A program made the translations under genes and the position numbers. Source: Eledone cirrhosa (lineage: Eukaryota). Taken from it: DNA of 64,000 nucleotides. The stretch spans positions 47,864,001-47,928,000 of the forward strand of contig OZ024745.1 of assembly GCA_964016885.1 (NCBI GenBank), read 5' to 3'. Positions 15,001-30,000 of the stretch are shown piece by piece. Every line of letters begins with the position of its first letter. The stretch's first letter is position 1. The notes below the pieces were generated by a model. The model worked only from the letters and a program-made list of their open reading frames with translations, was not told the DNA's origin and searched no databases.

Positions 15001-18000
15001 TATAGCTTTCCTCTAGCTCATGACAACAGTACTAGAAACGTTCTCTTGCAAGGTATAGCTTTCCTCTCCCTCATGACAACAGTACTAGAAACGTTCTCTT
15101 GCAAGGTATAGCTTTCCTCTACCTCATGACAACAGTACTAGAAACGTTCTCTTGCAAGGTATAGCTTTCCTCTAGCTGATGACAACAGTACTAGAAACGT
15201 TCTCTTGCAAGTTATAGCTTTCCTCTACCTCATCACAACAGTACTAGAAACGTTCTCTTGCAAGGTATAGCTTTCTTCTACCTCATGACAACAGTACTAG
15301 AAACGTTCTCTTGCAAGGTATAGCTTTCCTCTAGCTGATGACAACAGTACTAGAAACGTTCTCTTGCAAGTTATAGCTTTCCTCTAGCTGATGACAACAG
15401 TACTAGAAACGTTCTCTTGCAAGGTATAGCTCTCCTCTACCTCATCACAACAGTACTAGAAACGTTCTCTTGCAAGGTATAGCGTTCCTCTAGCTCATGA
15501 CAACAGTACTAGAAACGTTCTCTTGCAAGGTATAGCTTTCCTCTAGCTCATGACAACAGTACTAGAAACGTTCTCTTGCAAGGTATAGCTTTCCTCTACC
15601 TCATGACAACAGTACTAGAAACGTTCTCTTGCAAGGTATAGCTTTCCTCTAGCTCATGACAACAGTACTAGAAACGTTCTCTTGCAAGTTATAGCTTTCC
15701 TCTACCTCATGACAACAGTACTAGAAACGTTCTCTTGCAAGGTATAGCTTTCCTGTAGCTCATGACAACAGTACTAGAAACGTTCTCTTGTAAGGTATAG
15801 CTTTCCTCTAGCTGATGACAACAGTACTAGAAACGTTCTCTTGCAGGGTATAGCTTTCCTCTAGCTGATGACAACAGTACCAGAAACGTTCTCTTGCAAG
15901 GTATAGCTTTCCTCTACCTCATGACAACAGTACTAGAAACGTTCTCTTGCAAGGTATAGCTTTCCTCTAGCTGATGACAACAGTACTAGAAACGTTCTCT
16001 TGCAAGTTATAGCTTTCCTCTACCTCATGACAACAGTACTAGAAACGTTCTCTTGCAAGGTATAGCTTTCCTCTACCCCATGACAACAGTACTAGAAACG
16101 TTCTCTTGCAAGGTATAGCTTTCCTCTACCTCATGACAACAGTACTAGAAACGTTCTCTTGCAAGGTACAGCTTTCCTCTACCTCATGACAACAGTACTA
16201 GAAACGTTCTCTTGCAAGGTATAGCTTTCCTCTACCTCATGACAACAGTACTAGAAACGTTCTCTTGCAAGGTATAGCTTTCCTGTAGCTCATGACAACA
16301 GTACTAGAAACGTTCTCTTGTAAGGTATAGCTTTCCTCTAGCTGATGACAACAGTACTAGAAACGTTCTCTTGCAAGGTATAGCTTTCCTCTAGCTGATG
16401 ACAACAGTACCAGAAACGTTCTCTTGCAAGGTATAGCTTTCCTCTACCTCATGACAACAGTACTAGAAACGTTCTCTTGCAAGGTATAGCTTTCCTCTAG
16501 CTGATGACAACAGTACTAGAAACGTTCTCTTGCAAGGTATAGCTTTCCTCTACCTCATGACAACAGTACTAGAAACGTTCTCTTGCAAGTTATAGCTTTC
16601 CTCTAGCTGATGACAACAGTACTAGAAACGTTCTCTAGCAAGGTATAGCTTTCCTCTAGCTGATGACAACAGTACTAGAAACGTTCTCTTGCAAGGTATA
16701 GCTTTCCTCTACCTCATCACAACAGTACTAGAAACGTTCTCTTGCAAGGTATAGCTTTCCTCTAGCTGATGACAACAGTACTAGAAACGTTCTCTTGCAA
16801 GTTATAGCTTTCCTCTACCTCATCACAACAGTACTAGAAACGTCCTCTTGCAAGGTATAGCTTTCTTCTACCTCATGACAACAGTACTAGAAACGTTCTC
16901 TTGCAAGGTATAGCTTTCCTCTAGCTCATGACAACAATACTAGAAACGTTCTCATGCAAGGTATAGCTTTCCTCTACCTCATGACAACAGTACTAGAAAC
17001 GTTCTCTTGCAAGGTATAGCTTTCCTCTACCTTATGACAACAGTACTAGAAACGTTCTCTTGCAAGGTATAGCTTTCCTCTAGCTCATGACAACAGTACT
17101 AGAAACGTTCTCTTGCAAGGTATAGCTTTCCTCTACCTCATGACAACAGTACTAGAAACGTTCTCTTGCAAGGTATAGCTTTCCTCTACCTCATGACAAC
17201 AGTACTAGAAACGTTCTCTTGCAAGGTATAGCTTTCCTCTAGCTGATGACAACAGTACTAGAAACGTTCTCTTGCAAGGTATAGCTTTCCTCTCCCTCAT
17301 GACAACAGTACTAGAAACGTTCTCTTGCAAGGTATAGCTTTCCTCTAGCTGATGACAACAGTACTAGAAACGTTCTCTTGCAAGGTATAGCTTTCCTCTA
17401 GCTGATGACAACAGTACTAGAAACGTTCTCTTGCAAGGTATAGCTTTCCTCTAGCTGATGACAACAGTACTAGAAACGTTCTCTTGCAAGGTATAGCTTT
17501 CCTCTAGCTGATGACAACAGTACTAGAAACGTTCTCTAGCAAGGTATAGCTTTCCTCTAGCTGATGACAACAGTACTAGAAACGTTCTCTTGCAAGGTAT
17601 AGCTTTCCTCTAGCTCATGACAACAGTACTAGAAACGTTCTCTTGCAAGGTATAGCTTTCCTCTAGCTGATGACAACAGTACTAGAAACGTTCTCTTGCA
17701 CGGTATAGCTTTCCTCTCCCTCATGACAACAGTACTAGAAACGTTCTCTTGCAAGGTATAGCTTTCCTCTAGCTGATGACAACAGTACTAGAAACGTTCT
17801 CTTGCAAGGTATAGCTCTCCTCTACCTCATCACAACAGTACTAGAAACGTTCTCTTGCAAGGTATAGCGTTCCTCTAGCTCATGACAACAGTACTAGAAA
17901 CGTTCTCTTGCAAGGTATAGCTTTCCTCTAGCTCATGACAACAGTACTAGAAACGTTCTCTTGCAAGGTATAGCTTTCCTCTACCTCATGACAACAGTAC

Positions 18001-21000
18001 TAGAAACGTTCTCTTGCAAGGTATAGCTTTCCTCTAGCTCATGACAACAGTACTAGAAACGTTCTCTTGCAAGTTATAGCTTTCCTCTACCTCATGACAA
18101 CAGTACTAGAAACGTTCTCTTGCAAGGTATAGCTTTCCTGTAGCTCATGACAACAGTACTAGAAACGTTCTCTTGTAAGGTATAGCTTTCCTCTAGCTGA
18201 TGACAACAGTACTAGAAACGTTCTCTTGCAGGGTATAGCTTTCCTCTAGCTGATGACAACAGTACCAGAAACGTTCTCTTGCAAGGTATAGCTTTCCTCT
18301 ACCTCATGACAACAGTACTAGAAACGTTCTCTTGCAAGGTATAGCTTTCCTCTAGCTGATGACAACAGTACTAGAAACGTTCTCTTGCAAGTTATAGCTT
18401 TCCTCTACCTCATGACAACAGTACTAGAAACGTTCTCTTGCAAGGTATAGCTTTCCTCTACCCCATGACAACAGTACTAGAAACGTTCTCTTGCAAGGTA
18501 TAGCTTTCCTCTACCTCATGACAACAGTACTAGAAACGTTCTCTTGCAAGGTACAGCTTTCCTCTACCTCATGACAACAGTACTAGAAACGTTCTCTTGC
18601 AAGGTATAGCTTTCCTCTACCTCATGACAACAGTACTAGAAACGTTCTCTTGCAAGGTATAGCTTTCCTCTACCTCATGACAACAGTACTAGAAACGTTC
18701 TCTTGTAAGGTATAGCTTTCCTCTAGCTGATGACAACAGTACTAGAAACGTTCTCTTGCAAGGTATAGCTTTCCTCTAGCTGATGACAACAGTACCAGAA
18801 ACGTTCTCTTGCAAGGTATAGCTTTCCTCTACCTCATGACAACAGTACTAGAAACGTTCTCTTGCAAGGTATAGCTTTCCTCTAGCTGATGACAACAGTA
18901 CTAGAAACGTTCTCTTGCAAGGTATAGCTTTCCTCTACCTCATGACAACAGTACTAGAAACGTTCTCTTGCAAGTTATAGCTTTCCTCTAGCTGATGACA
19001 ACAGTACTAGAAACGTTCTCTAGCAAGGTATAGCTTTCCTCTAGCTGATGACAACAGTACTAGAAACGTTCTCTTGCAAGGTATAGCTTTCCTCTACCTC
19101 ATCACAACAGTACTAGAAACGTTCTCTTGCAAGGTATAGCTTTCCTCTAGCTGATGACAACAGTACTAGAAACGTTCTCTTGCAAGTTATAGCTTTCCTC
19201 TACCTCATCACAACAGTACTAGAAACGTCCTCTTGCAAGGTATAGCTTTCTTCTACCTCATGACAACAGTACTAGAAACGTTCTCTTGCAAGGTATAGCT
19301 TTCCTCTAGCTCATGACAACAATACTAGAAACGTTCTCATGCAAGGTATAGCTTTCCTCTACCTCATGACAACAGTACTAGAAACGTTCTCTTGCAAGGT
19401 ATAGCTTTCCTCTACCTTATGACAACAGTACTAGAAACGTTCTCTTGCAAGGTATAGCTTTCCTCTAGCTCATGACAACAGTACTAGAAACGTTCTCTTG
19501 CAAGGTATAGCTTTCCTCTACCTCATGACAACAGTACTAGAAACGTTCTCTTGCAAGGTATAGCTTTCCTCTACCTCATGACAACAGTACTAGAAACGTT
19601 CTCTTGCAAGGTATAGCTTTCCTCTAGCTGATGACAACAGTACTAGAAACGTTCTCTTGCAAGGTATAGCTTTCCTCTCCCTCATGACAACAGTACTAGA
19701 AACGTTCTCTTGCAAGGTATAGCTTTCCTCTAGCTGATGACAACAGTACTAGAAACGTTCTCTTGCAAGGTATAGCTTTCCTCTAGCTGATGACAACAGT
19801 ACTAGAAACGTTCTCTTGCAAGGTATAGCTTTCCTCTAGCTGATGACAACAGTACTAGAAACGTTCTCTTGCAAGGTATAGCTTTCCTCTAGCTGATGAC
19901 AACAGTACTAGAAACGTTCTCTAGCAAGGTATAGCTTTCCTCTAGCTGATGACAACAGTACTAGAAACGTTCTCTTGCAAGGTATAGCTTTCCTCTAGCT
20001 CATGACAACAGTACTAGAAACGTTCTCTTGCAAGGTATAGCTTTCCTCTAGCTGATGACAACAGTACTAGAAACGTTCTCTTGCACGGTATAGCTTTCCT
20101 CTCCCTCATGACAACAGTACTAGAAACGTTCTCTTGCAAGGTATAGCTTTCCTCTAGCTGATGACAACAGTACTAGAAACGTTCTCTTGCAAGGTATAGC
20201 TTTCCTTTAGCTCATGACACCAGTACTAGAAACGTTCTCTTGCAAGGTAAAGCTTTCCTCTACCTCATGACAACAGTACTAGAAACGTTCTCTTGCAAGG
20301 TATAGCTTTCCTCTAGCTGATGACAACAGTACTAGAAACGTTCTCTTGCAAGGTAAAGCTTTCCTCTACCTCATGACAACAGTACTAGAAACGTTCTCTT
20401 GCAAGGTAAAGCTTTCCTCTACCTCATGACAACAGTACTCGAAACGTTCTCTTGCAAGGTATAGCTTTCCTCTAGCTCATGACAACAGTACTAGAAACGT
20501 TCTCTTGCAAGGTATAGCTTTCCTCTCCCTCATGACAACAGTACTAGAAACGTTCTCTTGCAAGGTATAGCTTTCCTCTCCCTCATGACAACAGTACTAG
20601 AAACGTTCTCTTGCAAGATATAGCTTTCCTCTCCCTCATGACAACAGTACTAGAAACGTTCTCTTGCAAGGTATAGCTTTCCTCTAGCTGATGACAACAG
20701 TACTAGAAACGTTCTCCTGCAAGGTATAGCTTTCCTCTAGCTGATGACAACAGTACTAGAAACGTTCTCTTGCAAGGTATAGCTTTCCTGTAGCTGATGA
20801 CAACAGTACTAGAAACGTTCTCTTGCAAGGTATAGCTTTCCTCTAGCTCATGACAACAGTACTAGAAACGTTCTCTTGCAAGGTATAGCTTTCCTCTCCC
20901 TCATGACAACAGTACTAGAAACGTTCTCTTGCAAGGTGTAGCTTTCCTCTAGCTCATGACAACAGTACTAGAAACGTTCTCTTGTAAGGTATAGCTTTCC

Positions 21001-24000
21001 TCTACCTCATGACAACAGTACTAGAAACGTTCTCTTGCAAGGTATAGCTTTCCTCTACCTCATGACAACAGTACTAGAAACGTTCTCTTGCAAGGTATAG
21101 CTTTCCTCTACCTCATGACAACAGTACTAGAAACGTTCTCTTGCAAGGTATAGCTTTCCTCTAGCTGATGACAACAGTACTAGAAACGTTCTCTTGCAAG
21201 GTATAGCTTTCCTCTCCCTCATGACAACAGTACTAGAAAGGTTCTCTTGCAAGATATAGCTTTCCTCTCCCTCATGACAACAGTACTAGAAACGTTCTCT
21301 TGCAAGGTATAGCTTTCCTCTAGCTCATGACAACAATACTAGAAACGTTCTCTTGCAAGGTATAGCTTTCCTGTAGCTCATGACAACAGTACTAGAAACG
21401 TTCTCTTGCAAGGTATAGCTTTCCTCTAGCTCATGACAACAATACTAGAAACGTTATCTTGCAAGGTATAGCTTTCCTGTAGCTCATGACAACAGTACTA
21501 GAAACGTTCTCTTGCCAGGTATAGCTTTCCTCTAGCTCATGACAACAGTACTAGAAACGTTCTCTTGCCAGGTATAGCTTTCCTCTAGCTCATGACAACA
21601 ATACTAGAAACGTTCTCTCTCAAGGTATAGCTTTCCTCTAGCTCATGACAACAGTACTAGAAACGTTCTCTTGCAAGGTATAGCTTTCCTGTAGCTCATG
21701 ACAACAGTACTAGAAACGTTCTCTTGCAAGGTATAGCTTTCCTCTACCTCATGACAACAGTACTAGAAACGTTCTCTTGCAAGGTATAGCTTTCCTCTAT
21801 CTCATCAGAACAGTACTAGAAACGTTCTCTTGCAAGGTATAGCTTTCCTCTAGCTGATGACAACAGTACTAGAAACGTTCTCTTGCAAGATATAGCTTTC
21901 CTCTCCCTCATGACAACAGTACTAGAAACGTTCTCTTGCAAGATATAGCTTTCCTCTCCCTCATGACAACAGTACTAGAAACGTTCTCTTGCAAGGTATA
22001 GCTTTCCTCTAGCTGATGACAACAGTACTAGAAACGTTCTCTTGCAAGGTATAGCTTTCCTGTAGCTGATGACAACAGTACTAGAAACGTTCTCTTGCAA
22101 GGTATAGCTTTCCTGTAGCTGATGACAACAGTACTAGAAACGTTCTCTTGCAAGGTATAGCTTTCCTCTACCTCATGACAACAGTACTAGAAACGTTCTC
22201 TTGCAAGGTATAGCTTTCCTCTCCCTCATGACAACAGTACTAGAAACGTTCTCTTGCAAGGTATAGCTTTCCTCTACCTCATGACAACAGTACTAGAAAC
22301 GTTCTCTTGCAAGGTATAGCTTTCCTCTACCTCATGACAACAGTACTAGAAACGTTCTCTTGCAAGGTATAGCTTTCCTCTACCTCATGACAACAGTACT
22401 AGAAACGTTCTCTTGCAAGGTATAGCTTTCCTCTAGCTGATGACAACAGTACTAGAAACGCTCTCTTGCAAGGTATAGCTTTCCTCTACCTCATGACAAC
22501 AGTACTAGAAACGTTCTCTTGCAAGGTATAGCTTTCCTCTACCTCATGACAACAGTACTAGAAACGCTCTCTTGCAAGTTATAGCTTTCCTCTACCTCAT
22601 GACAACAGTACTAGAAACGTTCTCTTGCAAGGTATAGCTTTCCTGTAGCTGATGACAACAGTACTAGAAACGTTCTCTTGCAAGGTATAGCTTTCCTCTA
22701 CCTCATGACAACAGTACTAGAAACGTTCTCTTGCAAGGTATAGCTTTCCTCTCCCTCATGACAACAGTACTAGAAACGTTCTCTTGCAAGGTATAGCTTT
22801 CCTCTACCTCATGACAACAGTACTAGAAACGTTCTCTTGCAAGGTATAGCTTTCCTCTACCTCATGACAACAGTACTAGAAACGTTCTCTTGCAAGGTAT
22901 AGCTTTCCTCTACCTCATGACAACAGTACTAGAAACGTTCTCTTGCAAGGTATAGCTTTCCTCTAGCTGATGACAACAGTACTAGAAACGCTCTCTTGCA
23001 AGGTATAGCTTTCCTCTACCTCATGACAACAGTACTAGAAACGTTCTCTTGCAAGGTATAGCTTTCCTCTACCTCATGACAACAGTACTAGAAACGCTCT
23101 CTTGCAAGTTATAGCTTTCCTCTACCTCATGACAACAGTACTAGAAACGTTCTCTTGCAAGGTATAGCTTTCCTCTACCTCATGACAACAGTACTAGAAA
23201 CGTTCTCTTGCAAGGTATAGCTTTCCTCTAGCTGATGACAACAGTACTAGAAACGTTCTCTTGCAAGGTATAGCTTTCCTCTACCTCATGACACCAGTAC
23301 TAGAAACGTTCTCTTGCAAGGTATAGCTTTCCTCTACCTCATGACAACAGTACTAGAAACGTTCTCTTGCAAGGTATAGCTTTCCTCTAGCTGATGACAA
23401 CAGTACTAGAAACGTTCTCTTGCAAGGTATAGCTTTCCTCTACCTCATGACACCAGTACTAGAAACGTTCTCTTGCAAGGTATAGCTTTCCTCTACCTCA
23501 TGACAACAGTACTAGAAACGTTCTCTTGCAAGGTATAGCTTTCCTCTACCTCATGACACCAGTACTAGAAACGTTCTCTTGCAAGGTATAGCTTTCCTCT
23601 ACCTCATGACAACAGTACTAGAAACGTTCTCTTGCAAGGTATAGCTTTCCTCTAGCTGATGACAACAGTACTAGAAACGTTCTCTTGCAAGGTATAGCTT
23701 TCCTCTACCTCATGACACCAGTACTAGAAACGTTCTCTTGCAAGGTATAGCTTTCCTCTACCTCATGACAACAGTACTAGAAACGTTCTCTTGCAAGGTA
23801 TAGCTTTCCTCTAGCTGATGACAACAGTACTAGAAACGTTCTCTTGCAAGGTATAGCTTTCCTCTACCTCATGACACCAGTACTAGAAACGTTCTCTTGC
23901 AAGGTATAGCTTTCCTCTAGCTCATGACAACAGTACTAGAAACGTTCTCTTGCAAGGTATAGCTTTCCTCTACCTCATGACACCAGTACTAGAAACGTTC

Positions 24001-27000
24001 TCTTGCAAGGTATAGCTTTCCTCTACCTCATGACAACAGTACTAGAAACGTTCTCTTGCAAGGTATAGCTTTCCTCTAGCTGATGACAACAGTACTAGAA
24101 ACGTTCTCTTGCAAGGTATAGCTTTCCTCTAGCTGATGACAACAGTACTAGAAACGTTCTCTTGCAAGGTATAGCTTTCCTCTCCCTCATGACAACAGTA
24201 CTAGAAACGTTCTCTTGCAAGATATAGCTTTCCTCTCCCTCATGACAACAGTACTAGAAACGTTCTCTTGCAAGGTATAGCTTTCCTCTAGCTCATGACA
24301 ACAATACTAGAAACGTTCTCTTGCAAGGTATAGCTTTCCTGTAGCTGATGACAACAGTACTAGAAACGTTCTCTTGCAAGGTATAGCTTTCCTCTACCTC
24401 ATGACACCAGTACTAGAAACGTTCTCTTGCAAGGTATAGCTTTCCTCTAGCTGATGACAACAGTACTAGAAACGTTCTCTTGCAAGGTATAGCTTTCCTC
24501 TACCTCATGACACCAGTACTAGAAACGTTCTCTTGCAAGGTATAGCTTTCCTCTACCTCATGACAACAGTACTAGAAACGTTCTCTTGCAAGGTATAGCT
24601 TTCCTCTAGCTGATGACAACAGTACTAGAAACGTTCTCTTGCAAGGTATAGCTTTCCTCTACCTCATGACACCAGTACTAGAAACGTTCTCTTGCAAGGT
24701 ATAGCTTTCCTCTACCTCATGACAACAGTACTAGAAACGTTCTCTTGCAAGGTATAGCTTTCCTCTACCTCATGACACCAGTACTAGAAACGTTCTCTTG
24801 CAAGGTATAGCTTTCCTCTACCTCATGACAACAGTACTAGAAACGTTCTCTTGCAAGGTATAGCTTTCCTCTAGCTGATGACAACAGTACTAGAAACGTT
24901 CTCTTGCAAGGTATAGCTTTCCTCTACCTCATGACACCAGTACTAGAAACGTTCTCTTGCAAGGTATAGCTTTCCTCTACCTCATGACAACAGTACTAGA
25001 AACGTTCTCTTGCAAGGTATAGCTTTCCTCTAGCTGATGACAACAGTACTAGAAACGTTCTCTTGCAAGGTATAGCTTTCCTCTACCTCATGACACCAGT
25101 ACTAGAAACGTTCTCTTGCAAGGTATAGCTTTCCTCTAGCTCATGACAACAGTACTAGAAACGTTCTCTTGCAAGGTATAGCTTTCCTCTACCTCATGAC
25201 ACCAGTACTAGAAACGTTCTCTTGCAAGGTATAGCTTTCCTCTACCTCATGACAACAGTACTAGAAACGTTCTCTTGCAAGGTATAGCTTTCCTCTACCT
25301 CATCACAACAGTACTAGAAACGTTCTCTTGCAAGGTATAGCTTTCTTCTACCTCATGACAACAGTACTAGAAACGTTCTCTTGCAAGGTATAGCTTTCCT
25401 CTAGCTGATGACAACAGTACTAGAAACGTTCTCTTGCAAGGTATAGCTTTCCTCTACCTCATCACAACAGTACTAGAAACGTTCTCTTGCAAGGTATAGC
25501 TTTCTTCTACCTCATGACAACAGTACTAGAAACGTTCTCTTGCAAGGTATAGCTTTCCTCTAGCTGATGACAACAGTACTAGAAACGTTCTCTTGCAAGG
25601 TATAGCTTACCTCTACCTCATCACAACAGTACTAGAAACGTTCTCTTGCAAGGTATAGCTTTCTTCTACCTCATGACAACAGTACTAGAAACGTTCTCTT
25701 GCAAGGTATAGCTTTCCTCTAGCTGATGACAACAGTACTAGAAACGTTCTCTTGCAAGGTATAGCTTTCCTCTAGCTGATGACAACAGTACTAGAAACGT
25801 TCTCTTGCAAGGTATAGCTTTCCTCTCCCTCATGACAACAGTACTAGAAACGTTCTCTTGCAAGATATAGCTTTCCTCTCCCTCATGACAACAGTACTAG
25901 AAACGTTCTCTTGCAAGGTATAGCTTTCCTCTACCTCATGACAACAGTACTAGAAACGTTCTCTTGCAAGGTATAGCTTTCCTCTAGCTGATGACAACAG
26001 TACTAGAAACGTTCTCTTGCAAGGTATAGCTTTCCTCTCCCTCATGACAACAGTACTAGAAAGGTTCTCTTGCAAGATATAGCTTTCCTCTCCCTCATGA
26101 CAACAGTACTAGAAACGTTCTCTTGCAAGGTATAGCTTTCCTCTAGCTCATGACAACAATACTAGAAACGTTCTCTTGCAAGGTATAGCTTTCCTGTAGC
26201 TCATGACAACAGTACTAGAAACGTTCTCTTGCAAGGTATAGCTTTCCTCTAGCTCATGACAACAATACTAGAAACGTTATCTTGCAAGGTATAGCTTTCT
26301 TCTACCTCATGACAACAGTACTAGAAACGTTCTCTTGCAAGGTATAGCTTTCCTCTAGCTCATGACAACAGTACTAGAAACGTTCTCTTGCAAGGTATAG
26401 CTTTCCTCTACCTCATGACAACAGTACTAGAAACGTTCTCTTGCAAGGTATAGCTTTCCTCTAGCTCATGACAACAGTACTAGAAACGTTCTCTTGCAAG
26501 TTATAGCTTTCCTCTACCTCATGACAACAGTACTAGAAACGTTCTCTTGCAAGGTATAGCTTTCCTGTAGCTCATGACAACAGTACTAGAAACGTTCTCT
26601 TGTAAGGTATAGCTTTCCTCTAGCTGATGACAACAGTACTAGAAACGTTCTCTTGCAGGGTATAGCTTTCCTCTAGCTGATGACAACAGTACCAGAAACG
26701 TTCTCTTGCAAGGTATAGCTTTCCTCTACCTCATGACAACAGTACTAGAAACGTTCTCTTGCAAGGTATAGCTTTCCTCTAGCTGATGACAACAGTACTA
26801 GAAACGTTCTCTTGCAAGTTATAGCTTTCCTCTACCTCATGACAACAGTACTAGAAACGTTCTCTTGCAAGGTATAGCTTTCCTCTACCCCATGACAACA
26901 GTACTAGAAACGTTCTCTTGCAAGGTATAGCTTTCCTCTACCTCATGACAACAGTACTAGAAACGTTCTCTTGCAAGGTACAGCTTTCCTCTACCTCATG

Positions 27001-30000
27001 ACAACAGTACTAGAAACGTTCTCTTGCAAGGTATAGCTTTCCTCTACCTCATGACAACAGTACTAGAAACGTTCTCTTGCAAGGTATAGCTTTCCTCTAC
27101 CTCATGACAACAGTACTAGAAACGTTCTCTTGTAAGGTATAGCTTTCCTCTAGCTGATGACAACAGTACTAGAAACGTTCTCTTGCAAGGTATAGCTTTC
27201 CTCTAGCTGATGACAACAGTACCAGAAACGTTCTCTTGCAAGGTATAGCTTTCCTCTACCTCATGACAACAGTACTAGAAACGTTCTCTTGCAAGGTATA
27301 GCTTTCCTCTAGCTGATGACAACAGTACTAGAAACGTTCTCTTGCAAGGTATAGCTTTCCTCTACCTCATGACAACAGTACTAGAAACGTTCTCTTGCAA
27401 GTTATAGCTTTCCTCTAGCTGATGACAACAGTACTAGAAACGTTCTCTAGCAAGGTATAGCTTTCCTCTAGCTGATGACAACAGTACTAGAAACGTTCTC
27501 TTGCAAGGTATAGCTTTCCTCTACCTCATCACAACAGTACTAGAAACGTTCTCTTGCAAGGTATAGCTTTCCTCTAGCTGATGACAACAGTACTAGAAAC
27601 GTTCTCTTGCAAGTTATAGCTTTCCTCTACCTCATCACAACAGTACTAGAAACGTCCTCTTGCAAGGTATAGCTTTCTTCTACCTCATGACAACAGTACT
27701 AGAAACGTTCTCTTGCAAGGTATAGCTTTCCTCTAGCTCATGACAACAATACTAGAAACGTTCTCATGCAAGGTATAGCTTTCCTCTACCTCATGACAAC
27801 AGTACTAGAAACGTTCTCTTGCAAGGTATAGCTTTCCTCTACCTTATGACAACAGTACTAGAAACGTTCTCTTGCAAGGTATAGCTTTCCTCTAGCTCAT
27901 GACAACAGTACTAGAAACGTTCTCTTGCAAGGTATAGCTTTCCTCTACCTCATGACAACAGTACTAGAAACGTTCTCTTGCAAGGTATAGCTTTCCTCTA
28001 CCTCATGACAACAGTACTAGAAACGTTCTCTTGCAAGGTATAGCTTTCCTCTAGCTGATGACAACAGTACTAGAAACGTTCTCTTGCAAGGTATAGCTTT
28101 CCTCTCCCTCATGACAACAGTACTAGAAACGTTCTCTTGCAAGGTATAGCTTTCCTCTAGCTGATGACAACAGTACTAGAAACGTTCTCTTGCAAGGTAT
28201 AGCTTTCCTCTAGCTGATGACAACAGTACTAGAAACGTTCTCTTGCAAGGTATAGCTTTCCTCTAGCTGATGACAACAGTACTAGAAACGTTCTCTTGCA
28301 AGGTATAGCTTTCCTCTAGCTGATGACAACAGTACTAGAAACGTTCTCTAGCAAGGTATAGCTTTCCTCTAGCTGATGACAACAGTACTAGAAACGTTCT
28401 CTTGCAAGGTATAGCTTTCCTCTAGCTCATGACAACAGTACTAGAAACGTTCTCTTGCAAGGTATAGCTTTCCTCTAGCTGATGACAACAGTACTAGAAA
28501 CGTTCTCTTGCACGGTATAGCTTTCCTCTCCCTCATGACAACAGTACTAGAAACGTTCTCTTGCAAGGTATAGCTTTCCTCTAGCTGATGACAACAGTAC
28601 TAGAAACGTTCTCTTGCAAGGTATAGCTTTCCTTTAGCTCATGACACCAGTACTAGAAACGTTCTCTTGCAAGGTAAAGCTTTCCTCTACCTCATGACAA
28701 CAGTACTAGAAACGTTCTCTTGCAAGGTATAGCTTTCCTCTAGCTGATGACAACAGTACTAGAAACGTTCTCTTGCAAGGTAAAGCTTTCCTCTACCTCA
28801 TGACAACAGTACTAGAAACGTTCTCTTGCAAGGTAAAGCTTTCCTCTACCTCATGACAACAGTACTCGAAACGTTCTCTTGCAAGGTATAGCTTTCCTCT
28901 AGCTCATGACAACAGTACTAGAAACGTTCTCTTGCAAGGTATAGCTTTCCTCTCCCTCCTGACAACAGTACTAGAAACGTTCTCTTGCAAGGTATAGCTT
29001 TCCTCTCCCTCATGACAACAGTACTAGAAACGTTCTCTTGCAAGATATAGCTTTCCTCTCCCTCATGACAACAGTACTAGAAACGTTCTCTTGCAAGGTA
29101 TAGCTTTCCTCTAGCTGATGACAACAGTACTAGAAACGTTCTCCTGCAAGGTATAGCTTTCCTCTAGCTGATGACAACAGTACTAGAAACGTTCTCTTGC
29201 AAGGTATAGCTTTCCTGTAGCTGATGACAACAGTACTAGAAACGTTCTCTTGCAAGGTATAGCTTTCCTCTAGCTCATGACAACAGTACTAGAAACGTTC
29301 TCTTGCAAGGTATAGCTTTCCTCTCCCTCATGACAACAGTACTAGAAACGTTCTCTTGCAAGGTGTAGCTTTCCTCTAGCTCATGACAACAGTACTAGAA
29401 ACGTTCTCTTGTAAGGTATAGCTTTCCTCTACCTCATGACAACAGTACTAGAAACGTTCTCTTGCAAGGTATAGCTTTCCTCTACCTCATGACAACAGTA
29501 CTAGAAACGTTCTCTTGCAAGGTATAGCTTTCCTCTACCTCATGACAACAGTACTAGAAACGTTCTCTTGCAAGGTATAGCTTTCCTCTAGCTGATGACA
29601 ACAGTACTAGAAACGTTCTCTTGCAAGGTATAGCTTTCCTCTCCCTCATGACAACAGTACTAGAAAGGTTCTCTTGCAAGATATAGCTTTCCTCTCCCTC
29701 ATGACAACAGTACTAGAAACGTTCTCTTGCAAGGTATAGCTTTCCTCTAGCTCATGACAACAATACTAGAAACGTTCTCTTGCAAGGTATAGCTTTCCTG
29801 TAGCTCATGACAACAGTACTAGAAACGTTCTCTTGCAAGGTATAGCTTTCCTCTAGCTCATGACAACAATACTAGAAACGTTATCTTGCAAGGTATAGCT
29901 TTCCTGTAGCTCATGACAACAGTACTAGAAACGTTCTCTTGCCAGGTATAGCTTTCCTCTAGCTCATGACAACAGTACTAGAAACGTTCTCTTGCCAGGT

